Origin: Treponema sp.
GTDB lineage: Bacteria; Spirochaetota; Spirochaetia; Treponematales; Treponemataceae
Length of the DNA stretch: 64,000 nucleotides
NCBI GenBank assembly: GCA_041855945.1
Contig: JBHAFG010000007.1
Location: 9,670-73,669 of the forward strand
Direction: 5' to 3'
Below, one piece after another: positions 9,406-17,667 of this stretch. Below the pieces are notes generated by a model, which was not told the origin of the DNA, did no database searches, and worked only from the letters and a program-made list of their open reading frames with translations. The position numbers and the translations under genes are program-made. The first letter of the stretch is position 1. Every line of letters starts with the position of its first letter.

Positions 9406-10253
9406 TTTACCTCCAGACCGTATACGTCGCTTCCTGCCTTGTGTAAATCTTCCACGATTTTTCCGTCAAGAAGGTGTACAACGTGGTCGCACATTTCGAC
9501 AATCCTTGAATCGTGTGTTGAAAAAATAAACGTGGTCTTAAGTTCGGCGTCCCTGTTCAATGCCTTCATAAGCGAAAGAATCTGCCTTGAATTTTCGGAG
9601 TCAAGGTTCGCCGTAGGTTCGTCCGCAAGAATCACGGGAGCCTTGGTTACAAGGGCGCGAGCAATGGCGACACGCTGCCTCTGTCCGCCGGAAAGTTCCG
9701 TCGCCTTGTGGTTCTTCCAGTCGGAAAGTCCAACCTTTTCTATAAGATAGTTCACCCATTCTTTTTTCTGCTCCCTTGAAAAATCATCCACGGGAGAACG
9801 CGCCGCCCTGTCCTTTGAGTCAAGCAGGATTGGAAATTCAATGTTTTCGTACACGTTCAGTACAGGAATCAGATTGAAAGTCTGGAATATGAAGCCCAGA
9901 TGCGAACGGCGAAGCGAAGTGATTCTTTTGTCGAGTTTTGACGGAAGTGATTTTTTATATTTTTTACCTTCCCTTGATTCCTCGCCGGAAGCCCAGCGTC
10001 CGCTCCTTACCTGGGTTTCTGAAAGGTTTACACCCTCGTACACGTCAACGCCGTTTATGTTTATTGAACCTGATGTAGGAAGGTCTATAAGTCCTATCAT
10101 ATTGAGGATTGTGGATTTTCCAGAACCGGACGGACCTGAAATCGCGGCAAATTCGCCCTTCTCAACGGAAAAGGAAACTCCCTTTACGGCCGCGACTTCC
10201 TGTTTTCCAAGCGGATAGGATTTTTTTAAGTCGGAAATTGTTATTACGCTCAT
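9402..10253 (-). CDS. ABC transporter ATP-binding protein (MacB/LolD-like) with two internal insertions
   Basis: Walker A GPSGSGKST, Q-loop FIFQTFNL, signature LSGGQRQRVAIARAL, Walker B ILADEPT, H-loop STHD. 283 aa versus about 230 typical. Confidence 0.9.
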   Translation of the reverse strand: MSVITISDLKKSYPLGKQEVAAVKGVSFSVEKGEFAAISGPSGSGKSTILNMIGLIDLPTSGSININGVDVYEGVNLSETQVRSGRWASGEESREGKKYKKSLPSKLDKRITSLRRSHLGFIFQTFNLIPVLNVYENIEFPILLDSKDRAARSPVDDFSREQKKEWVNYLIEKVGLSDWKNHKATELSGGQRQRVAIARALVTKAPVILADEPTANLDSENSRQILSLMKALNRDAELKTTFIFSTHDSRIVEMCDHVVHLLDGKIVEDLHKAGSDVYGLEVK

Positions 10254-10451
10254 TTTATGCTCCCTAAAATTTAAATGAAAGTCTTTTTAAGATGTCGGCG
10301 AGTCGCAACAACACATCGCCTGCACCGGAGTCAACTATAGCAAAATCAAAGAGTTATGTCTCCTTTTTGCACGCTGTTTTTAATACAAAATCCCCAAAAA
10401 GAATTACAGAACAGAAAGCGTTCAAACAGGTGTGTAAAACGATTAAAAAAC

Positions 10452-10481
10452 TTGAACATTCGTGAACAGTCGCCATATAAT
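10452..10481 (+). promoter_or_regulatory. sigma70-like promoter TTGAAC-N18-TATAAT ending 6 nt before the arginase ATG (candidate leaderless transcript)
   Basis: cTTGAACattcgtgaacagtcgccaTATAATtgaaccATG. No SD between the -10 and the ATG. Confidence 0.45.
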
Positions 10482-10487
10482 TGAACC

Positions 10488-11396
10488 ATGAACGTACACA
10501 TACTTGAAATGCCGCTTGACTTTGGGGCCAGCCGCCACGGTTCGGACATGGGACCTTCGGCCATAAGGCTTGCAGGAATCAAGCAGCGTCTTGAATCCCT
10601 GGGACACAGGATAATTGAACACACCGACATTTTTCAGCCAAAACCACAGGAATACGAGGACGTAGGAAATCCCCGCGCAAAATATTTAAAGCCAATAGTG
10701 AACGCCTGCACAAAACTTGCGGAACAGGTTGAACATATTTCTTCCGCAGGCGATTTTCCGCTTGTGCTTGGCGGAGACCATTCCATCGCCCTGGGTTCAA
10801 TCGCGGGAATGTCTGCCACTGCCAAAAAATCCGACAAAAAACTTGGAGTGCTTTACGTGGACGCGCACGGAGACTTCAACAGCACCGAAACGACCCCTAC
10901 AGGAAACATTCACGGAGAATGTCTTGCTTCTTCCGCAGGAATTGGAATCACGGAACTTACAGACCTGCATTTTGAAGGTCAAAAAATCGACCCTGCAAAC
11001 ATCTGTCTTGTCGGGTGCAGGGATCTTGATTCAGGCGAAAAAGAACTTATGAAAAACGCAGGGGTCACCGTGTTCACGATGAGCGACATTGAACGTCAGG
11101 GTTTTCCTGAAATAATAAAGAAGATCAAACTTTTCTTCCTTACGCGCGCGGACATTGTACACGTAAGTTTCGACATGGACGTTCTAGATCCTATGTTCGC
11201 GCCGGGAACTGGAATTCCGCTTCCAGGCGGTCTTACAAACCGCGAGGCCCTTCTTTTGATGGAAGAAATGTCCGCTACAGGAAAGGTAAAATCGGCTGAA
11301 ATCGTGGAGGTGAATCCAATACTGGACGTAAGAAACCAGACCGCGGTTCTTGCTGTAAGCCTTGCGGCAAGGCTTTTGGGTGAAACGCTTTACTAA
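10488..11396 (+). CDS. rocF: arginase (ureohydrolase family)
   Basis: Mn-ligand motifs GGDHSIALGSIAG, DAHGDFN and SFDMDVLDP. N-terminus GASRHGSDMGPSAIRLAGI parallels Bacillus-type arginases. Confidence 0.8.
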   Translation: MNVHILEMPLDFGASRHGSDMGPSAIRLAGIKQRLESLGHRIIEHTDIFQPKPQEYEDVGNPRAKYLKPIVNACTKLAEQVEHISSAGDFPLVLGGDHSIALGSIAGMSATAKKSDKKLGVLYVDAHGDFNSTETTPTGNIHGECLASSAGIGITELTDLHFEGQKIDPANICLVGCRDLDSGEKELMKNAGVTVFTMSDIERQGFPEIIKKIKLFFLTRADIVHVSFDMDVLDPMFAPGTGIPLPGGLTNREALLLMEEMSATGKVKSAEIVEVNPILDVRNQTAVLAVSLAARLLGETLY

Positions 11397-11498
11397 AAAC
11401 GCGTCCTGCAAAGCCCAAAAAAACACAGACCCTGCAGGACGCATTAAACGTATTAGACGTATTTAAAGGCTCGCAGACTTTTCTGCGCCGCCGTAATC

Positions 11499-12044
11499 CT
11501 AGTAGTTTTCTTCCTTGATTTCAAAGAAGCTCTTTGGATGAACGCATACAGGACAGACTTCAGGCGCCTTTGTTCCAACAACAACGTGTCCGCAGTTCCT
11601 ACATTCCCACACCTTTACAGAACTCTTTTCAAACACTTCGTTTGTTTCAACGTTCTTCAAAAGTGCGCGGTAGCGTTCCTCGTGGTGCTTTTCAATCGCT
11701 CCAACGGCACGGAATTTTACAGCCAGAGCCTTGAATCCTTCCGCCTCGGCTACCTTGGCGAAATCTTCATACATATCGGTCCATTCGTAGTTTTCTCCGT
11801 CGGCGGCCGCGGCAAGGTTTGCCTTTGTGTCGCCGATTCCTTCAAGTTCCTTGAACCAGAGTTTTGCGTGTTCCTTTTCGTTGTCTGCCGTCTTCAAAAA
11901 AAGCGCCGCAATCTGTTCAAGTCCTTCTTTTTTTGCAACCGACGCAAAATATGTGTACTTGTTCCTTGCCTGGCTTTCTCCTGCAAAAGCCGCCTGTAAA
12001 TTTTTTTCCGTCTGTGTTCCTGCGTATTTGTTCGCCATTTTCAT
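11499..12044 (-). CDS. rbr: rubrerythrin
   Basis: Ferritin-like diiron domain ([22 protein letters not shown] ... EKHHEERY) plus C-terminal rubredoxin CRNCGH...CPVC. Start moved to the Met after the AGGAG RBS; the ORF-track start at 12143 is probably too long. Confidence 0.9.
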   Translation of the reverse strand: MKMANKYAGTQTEKNLQAAFAGESQARNKYTYFASVAKKEGLEQIAALFLKTADNEKEHAKLWFKELEGIGDTKANLAAAADGENYEWTDMYEDFAKVAEAEGFKALAVKFRAVGAIEKHHEERYRALLKNVETNEVFEKSSVKVWECRNCGHVVVGTKAPEVCPVCVHPKSFFEIKEENY

Positions 12045-12151
12045 TGCTCCTAAAAAATTGATTTTTTGCGCGGTTTTCCGCGATTTTGTTTTGTCCGCGA
12101 AGGCTTGCAGTTTTTTTTGAAAAGCCTCCGCGTCTTTACACACAAAAGTGT

Positions 12152-12529
12152 TTATTTGTCCGCCCAGAGTCCGTGAAGGTTGCAGTATGCGTATGCGCGT
12201 GCAACCTCGTCTCCGTCAGTCAGGGCGAATACAGCCTTTGGCTCGTCGGATGGACTGAGTTTTTTCAACTGGCTTGTTTCCTTTGTTTCAAGCACAATCC
12301 ATTCGATGTAATGCTTTTCTTCCATTGGGTGTGTTACAGAACCCACGCTCACCGTTACAGTGTTTCCGTTTTTAGACACAACCGGAACGTGTTTTTCAAC
12401 AGCCGCATCGGTGGTGTTCGCCTTGAGCAAAGACATCGCCTCGCCGCAGCACACTGTTTCAGAAGCGGTTTCCTTGAGCATCGCCACAACTTTTCCACAT
12501 TTGTTGCATTTGTAGAACTTGACTTCCAT
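12152..12529 (-). CDS. dfx: desulfoferrodoxin / superoxide reductase (2Fe-SOR)
   Basis: N-terminal desulforedoxin-like [10 protein letters not shown]...CCGEAM and C-terminal neelaredoxin domain (EKHVPV ... [12 protein letters not shown] ... YCNLHGLW). Confidence 0.9.
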   Translation of the reverse strand: MEVKFYKCNKCGKVVAMLKETASETVCCGEAMSLLKANTTDAAVEKHVPVVSKNGNTVTVSVGSVTHPMEEKHYIEWIVLETKETSQLKKLSPSDEPKAVFALTDGDEVARAYAYCNLHGLWADK

Positions 12530-12584
12530 ATTGATTTCTCCTTGTTTTTAAGGCGGCAGTTCCCGATGGCCGCCTTGATTTTTG

Positions 12585-12977
12585 CTAGATTTTTTTTGAA
12601 CATTCAGGGCAAACGCCGCTGAACACAACGCTGTGTTCTATCGCCGTATGACCGGTCCGTTCCAGCCGCCCCTGGACATTTACAATCTCCGTAGGGTCAA
12701 AGTCCGGAACATCCGTAACCCTGCCGCAGTTTCTACAGTAGAAATGATAATGCCGAATCAGCGTGCTGTCAAAATGATCCGCGCCGTCAGGGACCTTTAC
12801 CCGAAGGACTTCTCCCCTGCAAACCAAAAGGTTTAGGTTTCTGTACACGGTTCCCCTGCTTATGTGAGGGTCGGACCTTCTTGCAAGGTCGTAAATCTCG
12901 TCGGCGGTGGGGTGCGCCATGTTTCCGTCCATTATGGCAAGGATTAAAGATCGCTGTGCGGAATTTCTATTCTGCAT
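12585..12977 (-). CDS. perR: Fur-family regulator, PerR-like by context
   Basis: TVYRNLNLLVCRGEV winged helix. CRNCGRV and CPEC Zn motifs. Heads the dfx-rbr gene string. Confidence 0.65.
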   Translation of the reverse strand: MQNRNSAQRSLILAIMDGNMAHPTADEIYDLARRSDPHISRGTVYRNLNLLVCRGEVLRVKVPDGADHFDSTLIRHYHFYCRNCGRVTDVPDFDPTEIVNVQGRLERTGHTAIEHSVVFSGVCPECSKKI

Positions 12978-13033
12978 AGTAACCTCCCTTTTCTTGCCTG
13001 AATTGTATCATTGAATCAAATCTTTGTAAATAG

Positions 13034-13051
13034 TAATAAGTCCTATTATTA
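13034..13051. promoter_or_regulatory. AT-rich inverted repeat TAATAA-N6-TTATTA upstream of the perR-like gene (candidate Fur/PerR-type operator)
   Basis: tagTAATAAgtcctaTTATTAtaaaa, 57-74 bp upstream of the perR-like start. Resembles but does not match the 7-1-7 Fur/PerR box. Confidence 0.25.
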
Positions 13052-13221
13052 TAAAATGTATTACAAAACTGTTTTTATAATTTAAATTCACGAGTTTGTT
13101 TTACAGTGCGTTCAACATCAAAAAAGCCATTGAAAAAGCGCGTCCGATAAAAATAAATAAGCCCGCTCCGTGTTGAAGCAGGCCTATTTATTCACTCGCT
13201 AAAATATTTTTCAGAAAACCG

Positions 13222-15030
13222 TCACTCGTTTTTGTCCGCGGAGGACCTTCTGGTTTTAACCTCGTTTGTAATTTCAAGCACCTTTGCGTCGTTCAATATG
13301 TAGTTCTTTTTGAACACTATCACGCCCACCACAAGCACCACCATTGGAATCAGTGTAACGCACATCCTCAATCCCGTACTTGAAGAAGGAGGAAGCGTAG
13401 TTCCAACTATCGCGTCCTTGTTGATGTTGCATATCGAAAGAATCAGTCCTGCAATCATGGCGGAAAGACCCGACGCAAGTTTTACAACAAACGTCTGCAT
13501 GCTGAATATTACCGCCTCGTCGCGCCTGTTGTTTTTAAGTTCGCCGTAGTCCACTGTGTTTGCAAGGAAAACTGTAACAATTACGTTCAGCATACCGATG
13601 GCGCTCATTATGAGGAACGCGGACGGAACCAGGGCCCAGAAATTTGTAGTTCCAGAAAACGAAACGAACAGAAGGATTATGTATCCAACGAACGCCATTA
13701 CAAAACTTGTATAGAAAATCTTTGTGGTGTTCATAAATTTTCTAAGCAGCGGAAACAGGAACATCATCGCAAGAATCTGAAATCCTCCGCCAAGCGTGTT
13801 GAACAGAGTGTAGTTTCCCTCCCAGTTTGCAGGGCTGAAATCGTATTTAAAGAAGTATATTACAAGGTTCGACGTTATGTACAAGGCAGTGTTTATGCAC
13901 ACAATCGCCACCACCATGGTCATCGCCTGGTCGTTCTGTAAAAGCGCCTTGAACATATCGCCAACGCCCGGACTTTTCATGTCTACCGTAGGCTTTTCCT
14001 TTATGGTGAAGCACATTACAGCAATCAGCAATACAAACACAGCGGCCACTATTATCGCCCACACCCTGTAGCCCGCTCGCTCTATTGGAACTTTTGCCTT
14101 TACAACCTGCTGTTCCACGTCAAGAATCTTCAATGCGTTTTCTTCGATTGCAAGAATCTGTTTTTCAGTCGCTCCGTTTTGGGCGAACGCCTCCTCAAAC
14201 GTCCTTATGTCCGTGTTTATCTGGGAAAGCCGTGCTTCAAGGTCGATAATCTTCTGTCTTACGGAAGCCTGCCTGCTTGTGCTCAGGTCTGAAATGTCCT
14301 TTGCGTTCTCCAGTGCAAGATCCTTTGCAAAACCGTCGCGTTCGCGGATTCTCACTTCAAGAGTCTGAACGTTGTCCGCCATTTCAGGAGGAAGAACCGC
14401 CCTCACCTCGTCCATGAGTATTGTCTGAGCCTTTTTGAGGGTTTCCGCCCTTGACACCGCCCCCGTGTATTCCGGAGTCTTGTCGCTGAACTTCATTCCA
14501 AAGAACGAAACCATCAGAACGGTTGAGATTGTAACAAGAGCCGAGCCGACGCCCGCCGCAGAACGCGCGAACGCCGAAAGTCCTTCCCTCTCCTTTCCGC
14601 CCTCTGTAAACGCCGGAATCATCGACCAGTATGGAATGTCCATCATCGTGTATGTAACGCCCCACAGAATGTACGTGCAGGCGGCATACGCCACAAGACC
14701 GCCGCCAGAAAGGCTCGGCGGACAGGAATACATGAGATAGAGAATCACCGCGTTTGTAATTGTTCCAATCATGAGCCATGGACGGAATTTTCCCCACCTT
14801 GTCTTTGTCTTTGCAACAACAACACCCATCAACGGGTCGTTGAACGCGTCAAAAACACGCGCCGCAAGAAGAATTACACCCATCGCCCACGCAGAAACGC
14901 CCATGATGTCCTGATAGTAATACAGGATGTAACTTGCGGAAAGCATATAAACCATGTCTTTCGCGACGGCCCCAAAGCCGTAGGTAATCTTTTCGGCGAA
15001 TCCAAGCGATTTGCCTGCCCTCGTTTCCAT
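13222..15030 (-). CDS. glycoside-pentoside-hexuronide (GPH) family cation symporter with ~140-aa central loop insertion
   Basis: N-terminus EKITYGFGAVAKDMVYMLSASYILYYY and RVFDAFNDPLMG motif are typical of MelB/YicJ-like GPH carriers. Start set at METRAGK, preceded by AAGGAGG. Confidence 0.8.
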   Translation of the reverse strand: METRAGKSLGFAEKITYGFGAVAKDMVYMLSASYILYYYQDIMGVSAWAMGVILLAARVFDAFNDPLMGVVVAKTKTRWGKFRPWLMIGTITNAVILYLMYSCPPSLSGGGLVAYAACTYILWGVTYTMMDIPYWSMIPAFTEGGKEREGLSAFARSAAGVGSALVTISTVLMVSFFGMKFSDKTPEYTGAVSRAETLKKAQTILMDEVRAVLPPEMADNVQTLEVRIRERDGFAKDLALENAKDISDLSTSRQASVRQKIIDLEARLSQINTDIRTFEEAFAQNGATEKQILAIEENALKILDVEQQVVKAKVPIERAGYRVWAIIVAAVFVLLIAVMCFTIKEKPTVDMKSPGVGDMFKALLQNDQAMTMVVAIVCINTALYITSNLVIYFFKYDFSPANWEGNYTLFNTLGGGFQILAMMFLFPLLRKFMNTTKIFYTSFVMAFVGYIILLFVSFSGTTNFWALVPSAFLIMSAIGMLNVIVTVFLANTVDYGELKNNRRDEAVIFSMQTFVVKLASGLSAMIAGLILSICNINKDAIVGTTLPPSSSTGLRMCVTLIPMVVLVVGVIVFKKNYILNDAKVLEITNEVKTRRSSADKNE

Positions 15031-15220
15031 TAGTTCCTCCTTAGGAATCCGCATGATGACAGAAGGACTGTAAACCTGCGACAACGAATCGACTTTGGTT
15101 TTGATAGTCGCTCTATCATTTCTACACAATAACTATCAACGATGAATTCAGTTTTGTCAAACAAATAATCATGTAAATTCAAAAAAAATTACAAAACCGG
15201 CTCCTGCGCCGCAAAAACCG

Positions 15221-15254
15221 CATTACAGTGTAAAACCTGAACTGCACTGTAATG
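15221..15254 (-). terminator. hairpin (10-bp stem CATTACAGTG / CACTGTAATG) followed on the minus strand by a T-run; likely terminator of the a2m-pbpC operon
   Basis: Lies 45 nt downstream of the pbpC stop. Flanked by direct repeats CAAAACCGGCTCCTGC(G/A)CCGCA at 15191-15213 and 15263-15285. Confidence 0.5.
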
Positions 15255-15298
15255 GCCGCACCGCAAAACCGGCTCCTGCACCGCAGTAACTGATTTCC

Positions 15299-17665
15299 TT
15301 ACAGCCCGGTTCCTACAATTGAAACAAAGACGTTGTCAGAACGCCCTTTCTGGTCTGTAACGACAATCTCGTATTTTCCAGGCTCGGCGTTCCATTCCAT
15401 CGTTTCGCCCGGACGCGTCCTTCCCAGAAAATTTGAACCGTTGAACCAGATGAGTTCGGAGGCGTCCGCGTCGGCCGAGGCGCACAGGATGATTTTGTTT
15501 TTTGAGCGGTCCTTCAGGCGGAAAACATAGTCCGTTCCGGAAAGCGGCGAAATAATCTCCGGCGGATAGCCCAGCCGCTTGAAGTCCATTTTAAGGTCCT
15601 CTGGCGGAAAATCGGGCGGCACAAGGCGGGGAAGACCCGCCTGCCTGAAAAGTTCCTGCAGGTCGCTTGGCCAGAACTCGCGCACGACAGTCTTTACGTA
15701 CGGATTTTCTTCCTCGCCGTCCAGAGTCCTGTAACCCGTCCTTGTGTCGATGTTTATCTCCCTGTGAATCCTGCACTTGTCTATTGGCGAAACGCCTGGA
15801 ATGAACCACGAAAGTTCAACTTCCGAACAACATTCCGTAGGAAGTCCGCCGCTCACCGCGCATACAGGAATCTGGGTGCAAAGTTCGCTGTGCCGTTCAA
15901 CGGGAATACGCATCTCTTCCGGGATGTCGGACAGTATGGAATAGGCAAGGTTGAACAGAAGAGGCGCAGCCATTTTTCGTCCGATGAAAGAGTTGTTTCC
16001 CTCGCCGTCGGCGTTTCCAATCCATACGGCGCACACGTATCGGTCAAAAATCCCAACGCTCCAGCAGTCCTTGAATCCTATTGAAGTTCCGGTCTTATAC
16101 GCCACAGGAACGTTCTGGATTTCCCTTGGCTTTGTCTGGTACGGCGGCGTGTTTTCCTCAAGCATTTTTTTTACGATGAATGAACTTTCCCTTGAAAGAA
16201 GACGTTTTCCTCCGAATTTCTTTGGCGACGGAACAAAATTCAGTTCATATTCGATTCCGCCGTTTGCAAGAACTCCATACATCTTTGCAAGTTCAAGCAT
16301 TGTAACCTCGCAGGTTCCAAGAACAATCGAAAGCCCGTAATAATCACGCTCCCTCATTCCCACAACGCCTGAATCCTGCATGAAGTCGTAAAGGTCGTAT
16401 TTTTTTATCTGGCGGTTAAGCGTTATGGCGGGAATGTTCCTGCTGTCTGCAAGGGCGAACCACGCCTGCACGGGTCCCTTGAAAATGCTTCCGTAATTGT
16501 CCGGCGTGTATTCGTTAAAAGTCTGAGGGGTGTCCTTCAACATCGTCCTGTAGTGTATGAGTCCCTGGTCAAGCGCGAGCGCGTATATGAATGGCTTCAG
16601 GGTTGAACCGGGCGAACGCTTTGAGGTTGTAATGTTCACCTGGCCCTGTATTTTTTCATTGTAATAGTCCGCAGAGCCTATCGCCGATACAACTTCCATG
16701 CTCTTCCAGTCAAACACAAGAACAGCGGCATTACGCACGCCAAGGCTTGAATTCTGGTTCAGATAGGTGTTAAAGATATCCTCGCATTTTTTTTGAAGTG
16801 AAAGGTCAAGGCTTGTACGCAGAGTTTTACGCGTCCTGTGCGTGGGTCTTGTGTTCAGCATTTCTGTAAAATGCCTTGCCTCGTTTGGAAAAGAACATTC
16901 AACGGACATCTGCATATCCATGAAAACTTCTTTTTCCGCATCCTCGGGGTGCTTTTCAATCCACGAAGAAAAAAGCACCTTCCTTGCCTGTATAAGTTCG
17001 CTTGGCGTCATCAACGGACCTGGCGAACGCTTCACAGGATTCTGCGGAAGGACGGCAAGCATTATTATTTCAGAAAGGTTCAAGGTCCTTACGCTTTTTC
17101 CAAAATAATACCACGCGCCAGTCTCAAAGCCCTCCACGTTTCGTCCGCACGGCGCGATGTTAAGATAGGCCTCGAGAATCTGGTTCTTTGAAAAACACAT
17201 TTCAAGATACAGCGCGCAAAAAATCTGCCGCAGTTTTCCAGCCACGCTCCTTGTGTAAAGACCGTACTTGAGTTTTGCAACCTGCATTGTAATCGTGGAC
17301 GCGCCCATGCGCCTTGAATGTTTTACGTATGTCTGCCAGCCGGCCCGTGCCACCGCCACAAGATTTACGCCGTTGTGAGTGTAAAAATACCTGTCCTCCT
17401 GCAAGAGAAGCGCCTCTACAAATTCAGGCGGAAAATCCTCAAGCGGTCTGAAAATCCTGAACTTTTCGTCGCGCGTAAGGAACACCTGCAGAAGTTCTCC
17501 GTTCCTGTCGGAATAAGAGCGTGAAAATTCAATTCCAGAAAGAACATCCCCCCGGCTCCTCTGATACAGTACGTGAAGCCCAAGGGAGATGAATGAAACC
17601 AGCAGAACGGATGCAGAAATCAAAGCCGCGGTGCGTTTTTTTGAGCGTTTTTTTGTAAGACCCAT
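15299..17665 (-). CDS. pbpC: penicillin-binding protein 1C (bifunctional glycosyltransferase/transpeptidase-like)
   Basis: GT51 motifs EDRYFYTHNGVN and RRMGASTITMQ. Transpeptidase SPGSTLKP (SxxK) and KTGTS. Extra C-terminal PBP1C-type domain. Immediately downstream of the alpha-2-macroglobulin gene. Confidence 0.9.
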   Translation of the reverse strand: MGLTKKRSKKRTAALISASVLLVSFISLGLHVLYQRSRGDVLSGIEFSRSYSDRNGELLQVFLTRDEKFRIFRPLEDFPPEFVEALLLQEDRYFYTHNGVNLVAVARAGWQTYVKHSRRMGASTITMQVAKLKYGLYTRSVAGKLRQIFCALYLEMCFSKNQILEAYLNIAPCGRNVEGFETGAWYYFGKSVRTLNLSEIIMLAVLPQNPVKRSPGPLMTPSELIQARKVLFSSWIEKHPEDAEKEVFMDMQMSVECSFPNEARHFTEMLNTRPTHRTRKTLRTSLDLSLQKKCEDIFNTYLNQNSSLGVRNAAVLVFDWKSMEVVSAIGSADYYNEKIQGQVNITTSKRSPGSTLKPFIYALALDQGLIHYRTMLKDTPQTFNEYTPDNYGSIFKGPVQAWFALADSRNIPAITLNRQIKKYDLYDFMQDSGVVGMRERDYYGLSIVLGTCEVTMLELAKMYGVLANGGIEYELNFVPSPKKFGGKRLLSRESSFIVKKMLEENTPPYQTKPREIQNVPVAYKTGTSIGFKDCWSVGIFDRYVCAVWIGNADGEGNNSFIGRKMAAPLLFNLAYSILSDIPEEMRIPVERHSELCTQIPVCAVSGGLPTECCSEVELSWFIPGVSPIDKCRIHREINIDTRTGYRTLDGEEENPYVKTVVREFWPSDLQELFRQAGLPRLVPPDFPPEDLKMDFKRLGYPPEIISPLSGTDYVFRLKDRSKNKIILCASADADASELIWFNGSNFLGRTRPGETMEWNAEPGKYEIVVTDQKGRSDNVFVSIVGTGL

Positions 17666-17667
17666 TT

